Shown here in pieces: positions 25,623-36,941 of a DNA stretch of 64,000 nucleotides. The number at the start of each line of letters is the position of its first letter. Positions within the stretch are counted from its first letter, which is position 1. Below the pieces are notes generated by a model. It ran no database searches. It was given only the letters and a program-made list of their open reading frames with translations, and was not told the origin of the DNA. Source of the stretch: Penicillus capitatus (Eukaryota; Plantae; Chlorophyta). Location: NCBI GenBank assembly GCA_965649825.1, contig OZ287697.1:248001-312000 (forward strand), in the 5' to 3' direction. A program made the translations under genes and the position numbers.

Positions 25623-28600
25623 ATGGCGAAACTCGTTGCGATGCGCGGTCTTCAGGTGTTCTCACACTGTCACTCTTTCTTTCTTGCTATTCACGTACGT
25701 GCGTGCGTTCGTCTGGCAGATGTTTATTGGAGACATCCGCGCATGTCAAAACAAAGAAGCCGAGGAGAAACGCGTCGAAAAAGAACTCGCTAAGATTCGC
25801 GAGAAATTCGGTTCGGCGAAACAACTCACGGGTAACGCCTGTCTTTGAGTCCTTGTTCGACTCATCCTGTCTTCTGCAGCATACGACCGAAAGAAATATG
25901 TCTGGAAGCTGCTGTATATCTACATGCTCGGCTACGATGTCGAATTTGGCCATCGCCAGGCTGCCGATCTCCTTTCCGAAGACAAGTACGTACTGGAAGC
26001 TTGACGACTTAGGTGGACACGTGGCTGTAGGTATGCCGATAAACAGGTGGGGTATGCGGCGTGCTCTGTTCTGTTGAATGAGGTAAGGATGGCGCACAAG
26101 ATGCGAAACGAAGACAGTGTGCTGCATCGGTGTGCTGCAGAATGATTCCTTCATGCGTATTGCGATCAATTCTGTACGTAATGACCTGCTGAGTCGCAAC
26201 GAAGCTTTTCAATGTCTGGCGCTGTCTTTTGTGGGCAACGGTCTGTCCTGTCACATCATCCACGGTCGAAGATGGCGCTGTCTTTAGTGGGCGGTGCGGA
26301 AATGGCCGAGGCGTTGACACCAGATGTGATGAAGATCCTGGTCCGTGACCCCCTCGCCCCCTCTCTTACCTCATCCCTCTTGTCCGTTGCTGTAGACAAG
26401 CGGGACATCGCGGTCTGTTGTGCGTAAGAAAGCAGCGCTGGCTCTGTTGCGTCTCTACCGTAAGATGCCGATCGATGCCGAGATGATTCAGCCATCGTCT
26501 TGGTCGAGCAAGATGTCGAGTCTCCTTGATGAAAACGACATCGGTCACATCACTCACACTTTTCACTCTTTTACGAGATCGCATCGACAGGTCTATTGAT
26601 CGCCGTGTGTACGCTGCTCCTTGGCATCGTCTCACGTTCCTCCTGTGCCGGGTACGAAGGATGCTTCTCCAAAATCGTGAAGCTCCTGGCACGGTTAGTG
26701 ATCGACAAGGATGTGGCACAGCAGTACACGTACTATGGCATTCCTTCTCCTTGGCTCCAGGTGAAGTCGCTCCGACTGCTTCAGTACTTTCCTCCCTCTG
26801 AAGATCCTGCCACCGTCGCGCGTCTGTCCGATATCCTGACCCAGTCCATCAACGGAATGGGCTCGGTGAAGAACGCCAACAAGAGCAACGCCCAGCATGC
26901 GATTCTTTTCGAAGCGATTGCTCTGTGTCTGCACATGGATCTGGATCAAGAACTGCTCCAACAGAGCGTGGCATTGCTTGGAAAATTCTTGACGATGTCG
27001 GATCCCAATATCAAATACCTCGCCCTGGAGAACATGTCGCGTTTGGCATTGGTTCCCGAAATGCTCGATGCGATTAAGCGTCATCAGAAGACGATCATTT
27101 CTTCCCTCAAAGTGAGCTGCCTGCGCCGCCAGCGATGGAGCGGTGGTGGAGAGATGAGATGTAGGATGCCGATGTGAGTATTCGTCGCAGAGCATTGGAT
27201 TTGCTCTTTACGATGTGCGACGCTTCCAATTCCGTTGAAATCGTTGACGAGCTGCTAAAGTACACAACGATCGCCGATTTTAGCATCCGCGAAGAACTGG
27301 TCTTAAAAATTGCGATTCTGGCCGAGCGCTTCGCTCCGAATGTCCGATGGTATGTCGACGCCTCGATGGATCTCATCGAAAGAGCGGGAGAACATGTGAG
27401 CGAAGATATCTGGCATCGAGTGATCCAGTTGGTCACGAACAACGACGACATGAAAGAGTACGCGGCAAACAAAGTCATCGAGGCACTGAAGAGAGGCGGC
27501 GCCTTCGAAGCGCTCATCTCCGTCGGCGCTTTCGTTTTGGGAGAATACGGAGCCGCCCTGCGTCAGCAGCACCCTCCGCTCGAGATCTTTCAACTGCTGC
27601 AGGAACGGTTTCCTGCGTCATCTGGCCGTACGAAAGGCCTGTTGATGACATCGTATCTCAAATTGGCGATGATGGATCCAAACAACGAAGAATTGAAGCA
27701 AGGGGTGATGCAGGTTTTTGAGTACTATTCCAAAGTGGTGGATGCCGAATTGCAACAGAGGGCAGTGGAGTACCTTGCCTTTATTCGTCAGCCGCCAGCT
27801 GTCACATCACAGTACATTCAACCTATGCCGAAGTGGGAGGGCCGTGAGTCCTCGCTCGTGCGTCGACTGGCAGCACAGGAGGGAGAAGTGACCGATGCAC
27901 GCGACGATGAAGAAGCTGGCAGTTTCGGCGAGAAGCCACATGCCATGGCAGATCTCTCTGTTCCTCTGGCACTGTCTGGAGATGTGAATGGCACATCGGA
28001 TTTTGTCGACATCGGTGAGGCACCGGCGCCCGTGACCACTTCCAACGGTACGGGCAATCCTGTCGTGGCCAGTATCGATGCACTGGATGATCTCATCGCC
28101 TCACCGACGCAGCCGCCGGCCGATCCGCCTGCGGCACCCGATCCCTTTGCTGCTAGTGGAAATGAACACTCCCTTATGGGAGGACCCCCTCCAGCCATCA
28201 CCCTGGCCGGAGATCTGCAGCAATGGTTCGATGCACTGGTGATCAAAAACAAAGGGCTCCTGTACGAAGACACCTACCTTCAGGTAAGCCTCGCTGACAT
28301 TCTTGGCTTCCGATCCCCTACGGTTATATGTCTAGGTGGGATTGCACAGTGAATTCCATGGCAGTCGTGGAACATTGACGCTCTTTATGGGAAATAAACA
28401 TTCTGCCAATAAAATAGAGAGACTGGTGTGTATGGTGCCGCCAACGGCGGAGTTCAATCTCAATCTCGGGCCCATTCCGCCCGAAATTCTTCCCAAAGTT
28501 CAAGTCCAAGTCCGCATCTCCTTTTCTCTCATCATCAAGTGAATGTGAGCGATGTCTGGCAGGTGCATTTGACAGTGGAATGCACTCAGCCTTTCATGGA

Positions 28601-29060
28601 ACCGCCTGCGATGCAGCTGAGCTATCGTGTCGAGGTACATTCGATGACACAGACGCTGAAGCTGCCCATTCTGCCGAACAAGTTTTTCCAGCCGTGCTCC
28701 GATATCTCACAGGAGCTCTTTTTTGAGTACTGGAAAGCACAGCAAGGTCCACCCCAAAAACTCCAGGAGTTCATCACCACACCCGTCCCCGTTCCGTCCG
28801 CCGCCGTGGAAACGCTTTTGGAGTCGCTGGGCTTCGGATGTCGTTCTTTGGCTCTGGATGCCAACGAAGACAACGCCGTGGGCGCTGCTTATTTTAAATA
28901 TGGACATTCGGGACAGGAGCAGCAGCTTTTGGCCCAGGTTCGAGTGGAAGGCAATCCACAAGGACGTCGTCAGTTTCGAGTGACGGTCTGTACAGCAAAC
29001 GTGGTGTTAACTGCGAAGCTCAAAGACACCATCCTCCAGCAATTAAGTGTTTTTCGTTAA
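25623..29060 (+). CDS. AP2A: AP-2 complex subunit alpha (alpha-adaptin), multi-exon
   Basis: MRGL|MFIGDIRACQNKEAEEKRVEKELAKIREKF, YDRKKYVWKLLYIYMLGYDVEFGH, YYGIPSPWLQVK, SIRRRALDLLFTMCD, AELQQRAVEY, and an appendage domain with GLLYEDTYLQ. Confidence 0.95.
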
Positions 29061-29123
29061 GTCCTGTTTGTTTGGTTGTTTGTACGGATGACGATAATCT
29101 GAATGCTGAACCTACTACTGACC

Positions 29124-29184
29124 TGTCACATCATCTGTCACGTCATTACTCCCTCCGTCACGCAACGCCGAGCGAGGTATAAAA
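29124..29184 (+). promoter_or_regulatory. Putative promoter: TGTCACATCA motif followed by TATAAAA
   Basis: TGTCACATCA at 29124-29133 and TATAAAA at 29178-29184 lie upstream of the 29371 ORF. Confidence 0.3.
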
Positions 29185-29370
29185 GCGCTCTTGTTGCTCC
29201 GTTCAGTGATTTTCGAGCATCTCTGGCGTCAGTCCATTCCTTGATTGAACGTTGCTAAGCGAATCAGCGCCAAGAAGTCCATTCCTTCAAAAATGACAAG
29301 ACCGAGGGGGTGATGCGAGTTGTCGAGGATCTGTGAGCATTTGAGGTGTTTGCGTTGTGGACGTGTGCTG

Positions 29371-30039
29371 ATGGCGTGGGTCGACAGTGGCGATGTGACG
29401 GCGGATTCGAATGCGATGTACGTCGTCATGCGCAACGCTCTGCGTGTGTTGGAAGGCGACGAGGGTGCACATTCGATGCCCGTTGCGCAGAGAACAGCTT
29501 TTTGCGCTGCGTTGCGAAAGGTCTTGCACGAATGCCTCGACGAAAGGACGCGCAGCGAATGCGCTCTCCGGATACGTGCAGCCTATCGCTGGTTCTGTGC
29601 TCGTCGACTACTGGACATGACGCACCATCCGTTGCCTTCTTCGAATGCCAAGCGATCTGCCGTTGTGCGCAGCGAGGTCCAAATCGGCGAAGGGGTGAAG
29701 GGATCTGATGATCAAGAGGCGATGGCTAAGGTTCCCGTGCGTCTCGAGTATGGTCGTGATGCGCTTCGACGTTGGACGACGGTTCGCGAGAATATCGAGG
29801 CGCTAAAGAGACGCGTAGCGGTGGACGAAATTGATCGTTGTGCCAGAGAGGTTGCCAAATGTAAAGCGCTTGGCGTACCGGCGAGCGAGGCGCACCTCTC
29901 CCGTGCCCTGATGCCGGTCACTCTGGCAGTTGAATGCTCTCGCCGCTGTCAAGCGTCGTCGCCACGAGCAAAGATAGAGATGCGATGCCGAAGGGGAAGA
30001 GATGATACGGAAGCTCATTTCCGTGATCCTGATCTGTGA
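29371..30039 (+). CDS. Hypothetical protein (about 220 aa)
   Basis: Long open frame with protein-like composition downstream of a TATA box; no domain recognised. Confidence 0.45.
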   Translation: MAWVDSGDVTADSNAMYVVMRNALRVLEGDEGAHSMPVAQRTAFCAALRKVLHECLDERTRSECALRIRAAYRWFCARRLLDMTHHPLPSSNAKRSAVVRSEVQIGEGVKGSDDQEAMAKVPVRLEYGRDALRRWTTVRENIEALKRRVAVDEIDRCAREVAKCKALGVPASEAHLSRALMPVTLAVECSRRCQASSPRAKIEMRCRRGRDDTEAHFRDPDL

Positions 30040-30920
30040 ATTGGATAGACACGGCAAACACAGAACCTCAGTCGTATTCTTGGACGTTATGTACACTGAA
30101 TGCTTCCAATGTGGCGGAACTTGCCTAACTTACTTATTCCGGCGGGTCCGTGTCACACAGTCAAGCTCCGAAGGATTCAGTTAATGCGGCATGTTGCTTA
30201 TGATTGGAGAACGTTTTTTTGTAGCGGTCGAGAGAAAAACGCGCCTTAAGTACGAACGCCCTTGACATGCTGCAATTTTTTGTCTCTACGTTCGTGGTGT
30301 TTATTGAAATGCGCACGACCTTCACCTTTCGCTACAGCGTTCATATTCCCTTACGTTAATCGAAAAAGATAAGGGTATTCAGGGTTTTTCTGTCACCATG
30401 CCATCTATTTATTTAACTTGCTTTTATGAAGAATAAGCAACGACAGTGTGCATTTTAGGTAGTGAGAAAACCGACACGAAGGTCGCCGTTCGTTGGATGC
30501 GAGTCGCGGGGTACGGCGTGGCAATAGTAGTTGCTAACTATGTGGGAGCATACAAAAGATTTGTCCGGCTTAAATACCTAGGATTTCCCGTGCGTCGTAC
30601 AAACTGTCATCATTACGTCAGTCACGCCAATCTCTTGACCGCCCATCCTCTTGTTGACGTCATGCCTCGTGCGTGGCATACATTCTCCCCTCCATGAACC
30701 GAGGCACTGCTAACATCGAACGCGACAGCCTCGCGCTGCTGGTTTGTTTCGCCCTCAACCAGAAGAAGTCCTTTGAGCGTTCAATTGTGAAGATGGGGCC
30801 ATAGACCTCACTGCTTTCCATGAAACAGTAGAGTCTTAAGCCGATGTGTGTCGATACATGCATCAAGACCGTTTAAATATTGATAAATGGAAGTTCACAT
30901 TTCTCAGAAGCACCGAGGCT

Positions 30921-31130
30921 GTCACATCGTGACTGCCGCGTTTCTTAGGGGTTCTGTCCCGAGGGATGCTCGTACAAGGTTCACATCACTCAGAGGTCCT
31001 TTTCTATGGCTCTGAATGAGGGTGACTCATCTGTCCTGTCACCATAAGCACAAAAATACGGGAATGTGGACATATAGACACCTTTGCTCTGTAATATGTG
31101 AAGCCTTCCCCTTACAACAATGCATTTCGC
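30921..31130 (+). repeat. Diverged copy of the LTR-like repeat at 48977-49385
   Basis: TGTCACATCG...AGGGGTT...GTACAAGGT...TGGCTCTGA...TGACTCA blocks are collinear with 48977-49100. Confidence 0.55.
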
Positions 31131-32039
31131 AGCGATGTCCGGAAATTCACACCAGCCACATTTTTTGAATCATTACCCTCTGAACAAGTAACTATCGAGG
31201 TCCAAGAATAGCTCGACGTCGAAAAAGTGCAGGCACGACTAGTAAAAACCGACTTTCGACCGTAGACGAACGGATGACAATGGCAATCTCACCAAAGGAG
31301 ACCGCCGAGAATCGACACTCAATCGTACTTCAGTAGATCTGACGAAACAAACATCCCTTTGACCTCCTTTCTTATTTCACGTCCCATCGTGCCTCATCCA
31401 ACGACAAGTTCACGAAGAATCGGAGAGTCTTAGGATCGTTACGTGCTCTGATACTTAATGAAATTTTAATGCGGTACTTCTATTATTCGATCTTTTTTGG
31501 CCCATTTCCTCTGCAAACGAGATAAGTATACGAAAAACCGAAGCATCAGACTCTTGTCGGTCAGATGTTTAGCTATTCATCCATTCGTCCGAGCCCCCGG
31601 CGTCTTCGTCGACGATTCCGAAAGCCTGCTCAGCACCAGATATCGATGTCGAGCAGAATTCTGCACTCAATTTCGCGTTTGACAGAATCCAGAAGACAGA
31701 GATATGTTTGCACTCAGGCGTTCAGAATTAGACAACAGCATTCGCCTTTTATCGCCTAAAAGACGGGCGTCGTATCATATGTCGCCTCGTCAGACAGTTG
31801 CGGACGCAACGGCATGCTCTACTGCGCACGGAGCACATGAAATCGACCGCCCCGATATCGATTTCATAAGATAGATATATTGGTAGCCGGGCACGCCGAA
31901 GGGACGCCGTCACATCACTTCGGCGTTCACGAGACTCTGTTTAGCCGTCAAAGCTGCCACGTCACCCTTGCCTTCTGGCCGATGGACGCCGCAATTCCTT
32001 TGACGGATATGCGTTTAACCATTCCACCGCCTCTGAACG

Positions 32040-32850
32040 TATCCTCCGTAGAACACAAGCCGCCGGAATCGACCTTCCATGTGTAATGACAGTAGCCATC
32101 TCTAGCCCATCCAACCGAATAACCTCTAACTCTCCACTAAACAGCAAGTGTGATGTCCATCTCCTCGTTTTTGTATATAATAGAGATACTAGAAAGGACA
32201 TCCTACTGAACTAAATGCCATGGTCGCTACGATATAGCAAACGTCCAGCATCCTGGAGGTAAGAGAGTAGTAAAGTAGACCCGCCCGTGTATTGTGTGTT
32301 CCAGACAAGGCCGCCATCGTATGGGCCGCAGACGGAAAGGGAATACCGAGTTATGTCATCACTATTGATCAAAGCAGATGGATTCCCATCTGTGTGCGAG
32401 TGGACACCTATCCACCTCCCAAATCGACCATTGTGCCATACCCATCACAGGGGCATCGCCACGTTCATGGCCTTCTGGAACGGTCTATGCCGCCAGTCGA
32501 TCACAGTCGGTGGAGAGATGAGCAAGAACGTATGCCATGACGGGAACCCTAGAGGGCAGTCGATGGAGTTCAAACAGAGATTGCATGCACTGGCCTTTCT
32601 CGCATTGGCAAGGCGACGGCACAGAAAACGAGCACTAGTGAAACCGACCCCACACGCAGATTTGGCAGCAGATGTCAGAACACCCGTGCACACACAAGAA
32701 AGGAGATAAAACACTGAAGCTCTATTACCTGCTGCTAAAACCAAGATCCACGCCCTGTGTTTCAAAGATGCACATCTCGAGACCGTCTCAGGTGATGCCT
32801 CTGAACAAGACTCGAAACTAAGCAGCATCGACCAAACCTCAAACATCCGA
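32040..32850 (+). mobile_element. Decayed non-LTR (LINE) reverse transcriptase fragment
   Basis: Frameshifted, degenerate RT motifs occur in the expected order: QAAGID (~KAPGPDG), N*MPWSL (~NYRPISL), YVITID (~LDxxKAFD), RQSITVGGEMS...GNPRG (~GVPQG), HADL (~YADD). Confidence 0.45.
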
Positions 32851-33307
32851 CTAGAATCTCGGAGGCCTCTTCGGACAAGGGTTCAGATGCACAGACCATA
32901 TCTCCGTGACGTATGTGCTCACTAGACGACCACTGCACCATGACAACGGCGTCGAAACTGCCTAGTGAGATGCACGTCCGCCGTTCGACGCGGGCACGAC
33001 CTATGCACGTTCCGCGGCCTTGCCTCGAAGATTTCTTTCAGTTGCAGATCTGCTCGATTTCACGATGCACTGGCGTCGCGTTCTTGACGGTTGCCAAACG
33101 ATTTCGTCCGCCGCATTGGCGACCCACAGTTCTCCTGGGAAATTTTTTTGATCCGTCGACTGCAGAAGCAGCTCGTCCATCCATTGACCCCAACCGCCAA
33201 CTCCTGACGAAACCGAAGCCCTTCAAAAGTAGGCGCGTTGTCTAGCGGCATCTAACTGGTCCGTGATTTTCTCGGTGACCTGGATTCGTTTCTTTGTGCC
33301 TTGGGAG

Positions 33308-35358
33308 ATGCCTTTCGGTCACTGGTTGGTACTGTGCACACTAGCAGTCCTTTTTGTCATTCCCCTCTGTGAATGCGCTTTGCCAAACGACTTGAGCAAC
33401 TACCAGAACGAATACGCGTGCGATTCGAAGGTTCGTCTTGTCAGGTGACCCACCCAATCCCTGCGACGACATATCATCGAACTGAACCATGATTCAGGCC
33501 ACTGACCATTTCTGATGTTCAAACTGCCGTCACGACGCATACACGCGTTGTTCCTGTCGGGACAGGATTCTCATGGAATAGAGTAATTAGACGCTAGGCG
33601 CATTCAATGCCGCTAAATGGCTTTTATAGGAGTTCTTTTGCGCAAGTCCCCCTCACGCCAAGAAAGAAACGGCTGCCAATATCGTCATGACGACGATAAG
33701 GCCACTCACCATCGATGTTGACACAGACGAAATGTCTGCATGGGTGGCAGCCGGCGTGACAATCTGGGATCTCATGGTATATCTGGCCAACTATGTCACA
33801 CCGTCCTCTCCGAGAGGTGACCATCCTCTTCGTCCCGAATGAGATAGATCGTTGGCCTTTCCGACAGGCTATGCCATTGCAGCGCCGCCTTCCTTTGTGA
33901 ATCAGACGATTGCAGGAGCCATCGCAACGAACACACACGGGAGCAGTTTGAAGCACGGCTCGCTGTCGAATCAAGTCATCGGATTCAAGGTCGTGCTGGC
34001 GAACGGCACACATGTGGAGATTTTTCCGGAGAGCCATCCTCTCTACTTCAAGGCCTTTCAAGTCAGTGTGGGCCGTCTTGGAGTCGTAACAGATGTGAAG
34101 CTGAAAATTGTGCCCGAGAAGCTCGTCAGAAGGAGATTCAGTCCTAGCATACCTGCTGAGGAGTTCCTGACGGAGCTCCGACTCGCACAAACGTCCTATC
34201 GAAGCACGGGAAAGCTTCCCAGTTCATTCGACCGCGATCGTTTGGTGATTCTCTCATTGATCGATTTTTCCGTAAGTCCTTCTGGATCTCACTCTTTTTT
34301 ATTTGTGTGATCTCTGTCTGTAGTTTATGACCGTCACACTCGAAACCATTGAAGAAAAAATTCCTTTCAGCAAGACGAAACTGCCCGTGAATAATTCTTC
34401 TGATCTAGATATCTCTCAGCCTTTCTTAGAAGGAATAGAAATCAAAATCAACGGCGCCCTGTCGCTCGATCGCCGTGAAAAGGGTAGTGCTATCGCAGAT
34501 GGCGTCAACTGGAAAAAGCCATCCTCGCTTAAGATCACCGAAGGGATGAAAAAAGTGGCAGATCTACCGGAATATCTAAAATCCTCTGCCGAGTATTTTG
34601 AACAAGCTTTGGAAAACGTAAGTCTGGAAACGCATGAAGCATCTTTTACCTTCAGTGAAGAGGCTGCAGCGGCCGATGTCCTCACTCTACAAGACGGATA
34701 CGAGGTTGCCTTGCCAGTCGACAAAATGGCCGATTGCCTTCAAGGCATCGTGAGTTTTCTGAAGACAGAGAAGCCTGACAACGGCTTCCGCCTCTTTCCG
34801 ACGCTGAAAATCGTGGGAAAGGAAGAGGGATTGCTGTCTGCCTCTCATGACGGACCTGTTATGTGGTTTGGTCTTCAAGACCTTGTTTACTACAACCAAA
34901 AGTACGACCCCGCGATCGTCCTTCCTACCATCGTCTTCTCTTGTGCAGACCAAGATCCATTAACGAGCCCTTCAAGAGATTTATGGGCTATCTCGTGACG
35001 AACCAAGCCTGTTCGCCTGTTGGACTGCACTGGGGAGGAGCTGGTTGGCCAGATACTGGCTGTTTTAACGGAGCTGACGTCTATAAAGACACGTGGTGTG
35101 ATTTTGGCTGCGCCGTGCGCGCCTTGGACCCGGATGATAAGTTTATTGGATCTGCTCCTGACAGGTGACCCACTCCCATCTGTCACATCACTTTTCTGCA
35201 TTAGTATCCGTTTCAGGTGGAGTTGGGAGGGTGCAGACTTGGAAAGCTGCTGCACGAAGGACGGATTCAATCACGGAAAGAAAAATTGCGAATGCAAGGT
35301 GCAACGAACACGCCATTCTGTCGATTGTCCCCCTGCGCCCTTCTACACCGACAGATAG
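33308..35358 (+). CDS. Secreted FAD-linked aldonolactone oxidase-like protein (GULLO-like), paralog 1
   Basis: Signal peptide, LPNDLSNYQNEYACD, FAD domain TIAGAIATNTHGSSL, GRLGVVT, YEVALP, HWG motif and a Cys-rich tail ending PFYTDR*. Confidence 0.85.
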
Positions 35359-36140
35359 ACAACGCCTCTATGTTTCAACGTTTATCTGCCTGTGATTTTT
35401 GCCAGTTCATACCAAGACAACTTAGACTGGAACGCCATTGGTCGACGTGTCATTTGTGCATACAAATTGGCTCTGGTTATATACCCCTTAGGCTGTTCTT
35501 TTCCATGTAATCACCGTTTTTATTTCGTAGTCTGACAACATTGACGAATGTCATTGATGGAAGTGTGTGTCATACATCTGTTAAACAAGAAGAGGTCCCG
35601 TCTCCCTGCAGAGAGTTATGTATGAATGTTCCTTTATTGGTTCAAAGAGATAAGATTTGTGGCTTTTGGCGTTTGCTGCTGAACAGCCAGCCGCATGTGC
35701 TGAATCGTTTGTTTGTTAATCGACAAGTTTATGACCAAAAACGCAAACGCGTCGAATCCGAAGACCGCGCCGATACGAACACGACAAGGACCTACCACGT
35801 ACGCTTTCGCTTTGTGGACGCCATTCGAAGCGAAAATCTCAAAATGCGTCGTTTATCGATCGCTCGGCGTTTGAGTGCTCCTTCGATGACGCTGCTATTC
35901 TCGCCGGCGCTTTTTGGCGAGCCACTTTCTTGAGTCGGAATGGACGGAGACAGTACTACTGTCATCCTTCATTCTGTATGAATTTCATGGCGACTCCCGC
36001 AACCGACCTCGGTAATGGGAGGCTCTCAATCAAGAGACCGGTTTTGTCTCCCGGAAGTTAGAGCGAACCCACTGCCCCAATACCACACGTCTTTCTTTTC
36101 TGTGAGCCGAGACATCGTCGCACAGAACCTATTGTCGAAA

Positions 36141-36941
36141 ATGGTGTCCGGCATTGTTTGGAGAGCGCTCGTCCTTTTATTCGCCGTTGCGAAATTAGGT
36201 AACCTCGCAATCTTTGGCGGCGTTTTCGAAGAGTCTGTTTTCTGTTTAGGTTTTGCAACACCACATCATGACGGCGTGACGGCGTTGTCTGCGAAACCGA
36301 CGCGCAGTTTGAAAGGCATTGCCTGTTCAGGGGCGTCTTGCGGCTATGCGAATTCGGCAAGCGTTTCTAAATTCATTTCTTATCTCGCCGGAACAGCGGA
36401 CGACGTTTGCAACTGCACGTGCAATTCCGATGACGCCAGCCTTCTACACCTGGCGGCGGCGTCTTCGAACAAGCTCTCGAATATTATCATTCAGAGGTTG
36501 ATGAGTGAGAGATGCACACCAGAGGTTGTCGATCAAGGAGGCAATACGCCTCTTCATGATGCCTGCAAGGTCTGCAACATCCGCCAAGCAACAGTAATCT
36601 CTGCCATCTGGAAGAATGCGTTCCCACACTCTTGCGCTTCTATAGTACTTGATGCAGCGTTTAGCGTCGGTAATGACCGTGAACAAAGCAACAGAGACGT
36701 CCCTGTGCCTCTGCCTCATGAACTGTGAGGACGATGCGTATGGTCTCCTATCGATGATGCTCAAGAAATGGGACGGCGTACCGGAGAAGGATTGTCTCAT
36801 GTGCGGCAACATCAATGCGGTTCAAGCCTCAAAGGGCGCAAACATCAGCAGGGTAGGCATCTCTGCTGTCATCTACATAAACAATGGTCTTGCTTTGACG
36901 TGTAACAGGCTGTTGAAGACGTCATGAACTGTGGAGACTAG
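36141..36941 (+). CDS. Secreted Cys-rich protein with 2-3 ankyrin-like repeats (4 exons)
   Basis: MVSGIVWRALVLLFAVAKLG signal-like start, then SLLHLAAAS, GNTPLHDACK and ETSLCLCL repeats. The spliced frame ends AVEDVMNCGD*. Confidence 0.6.
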
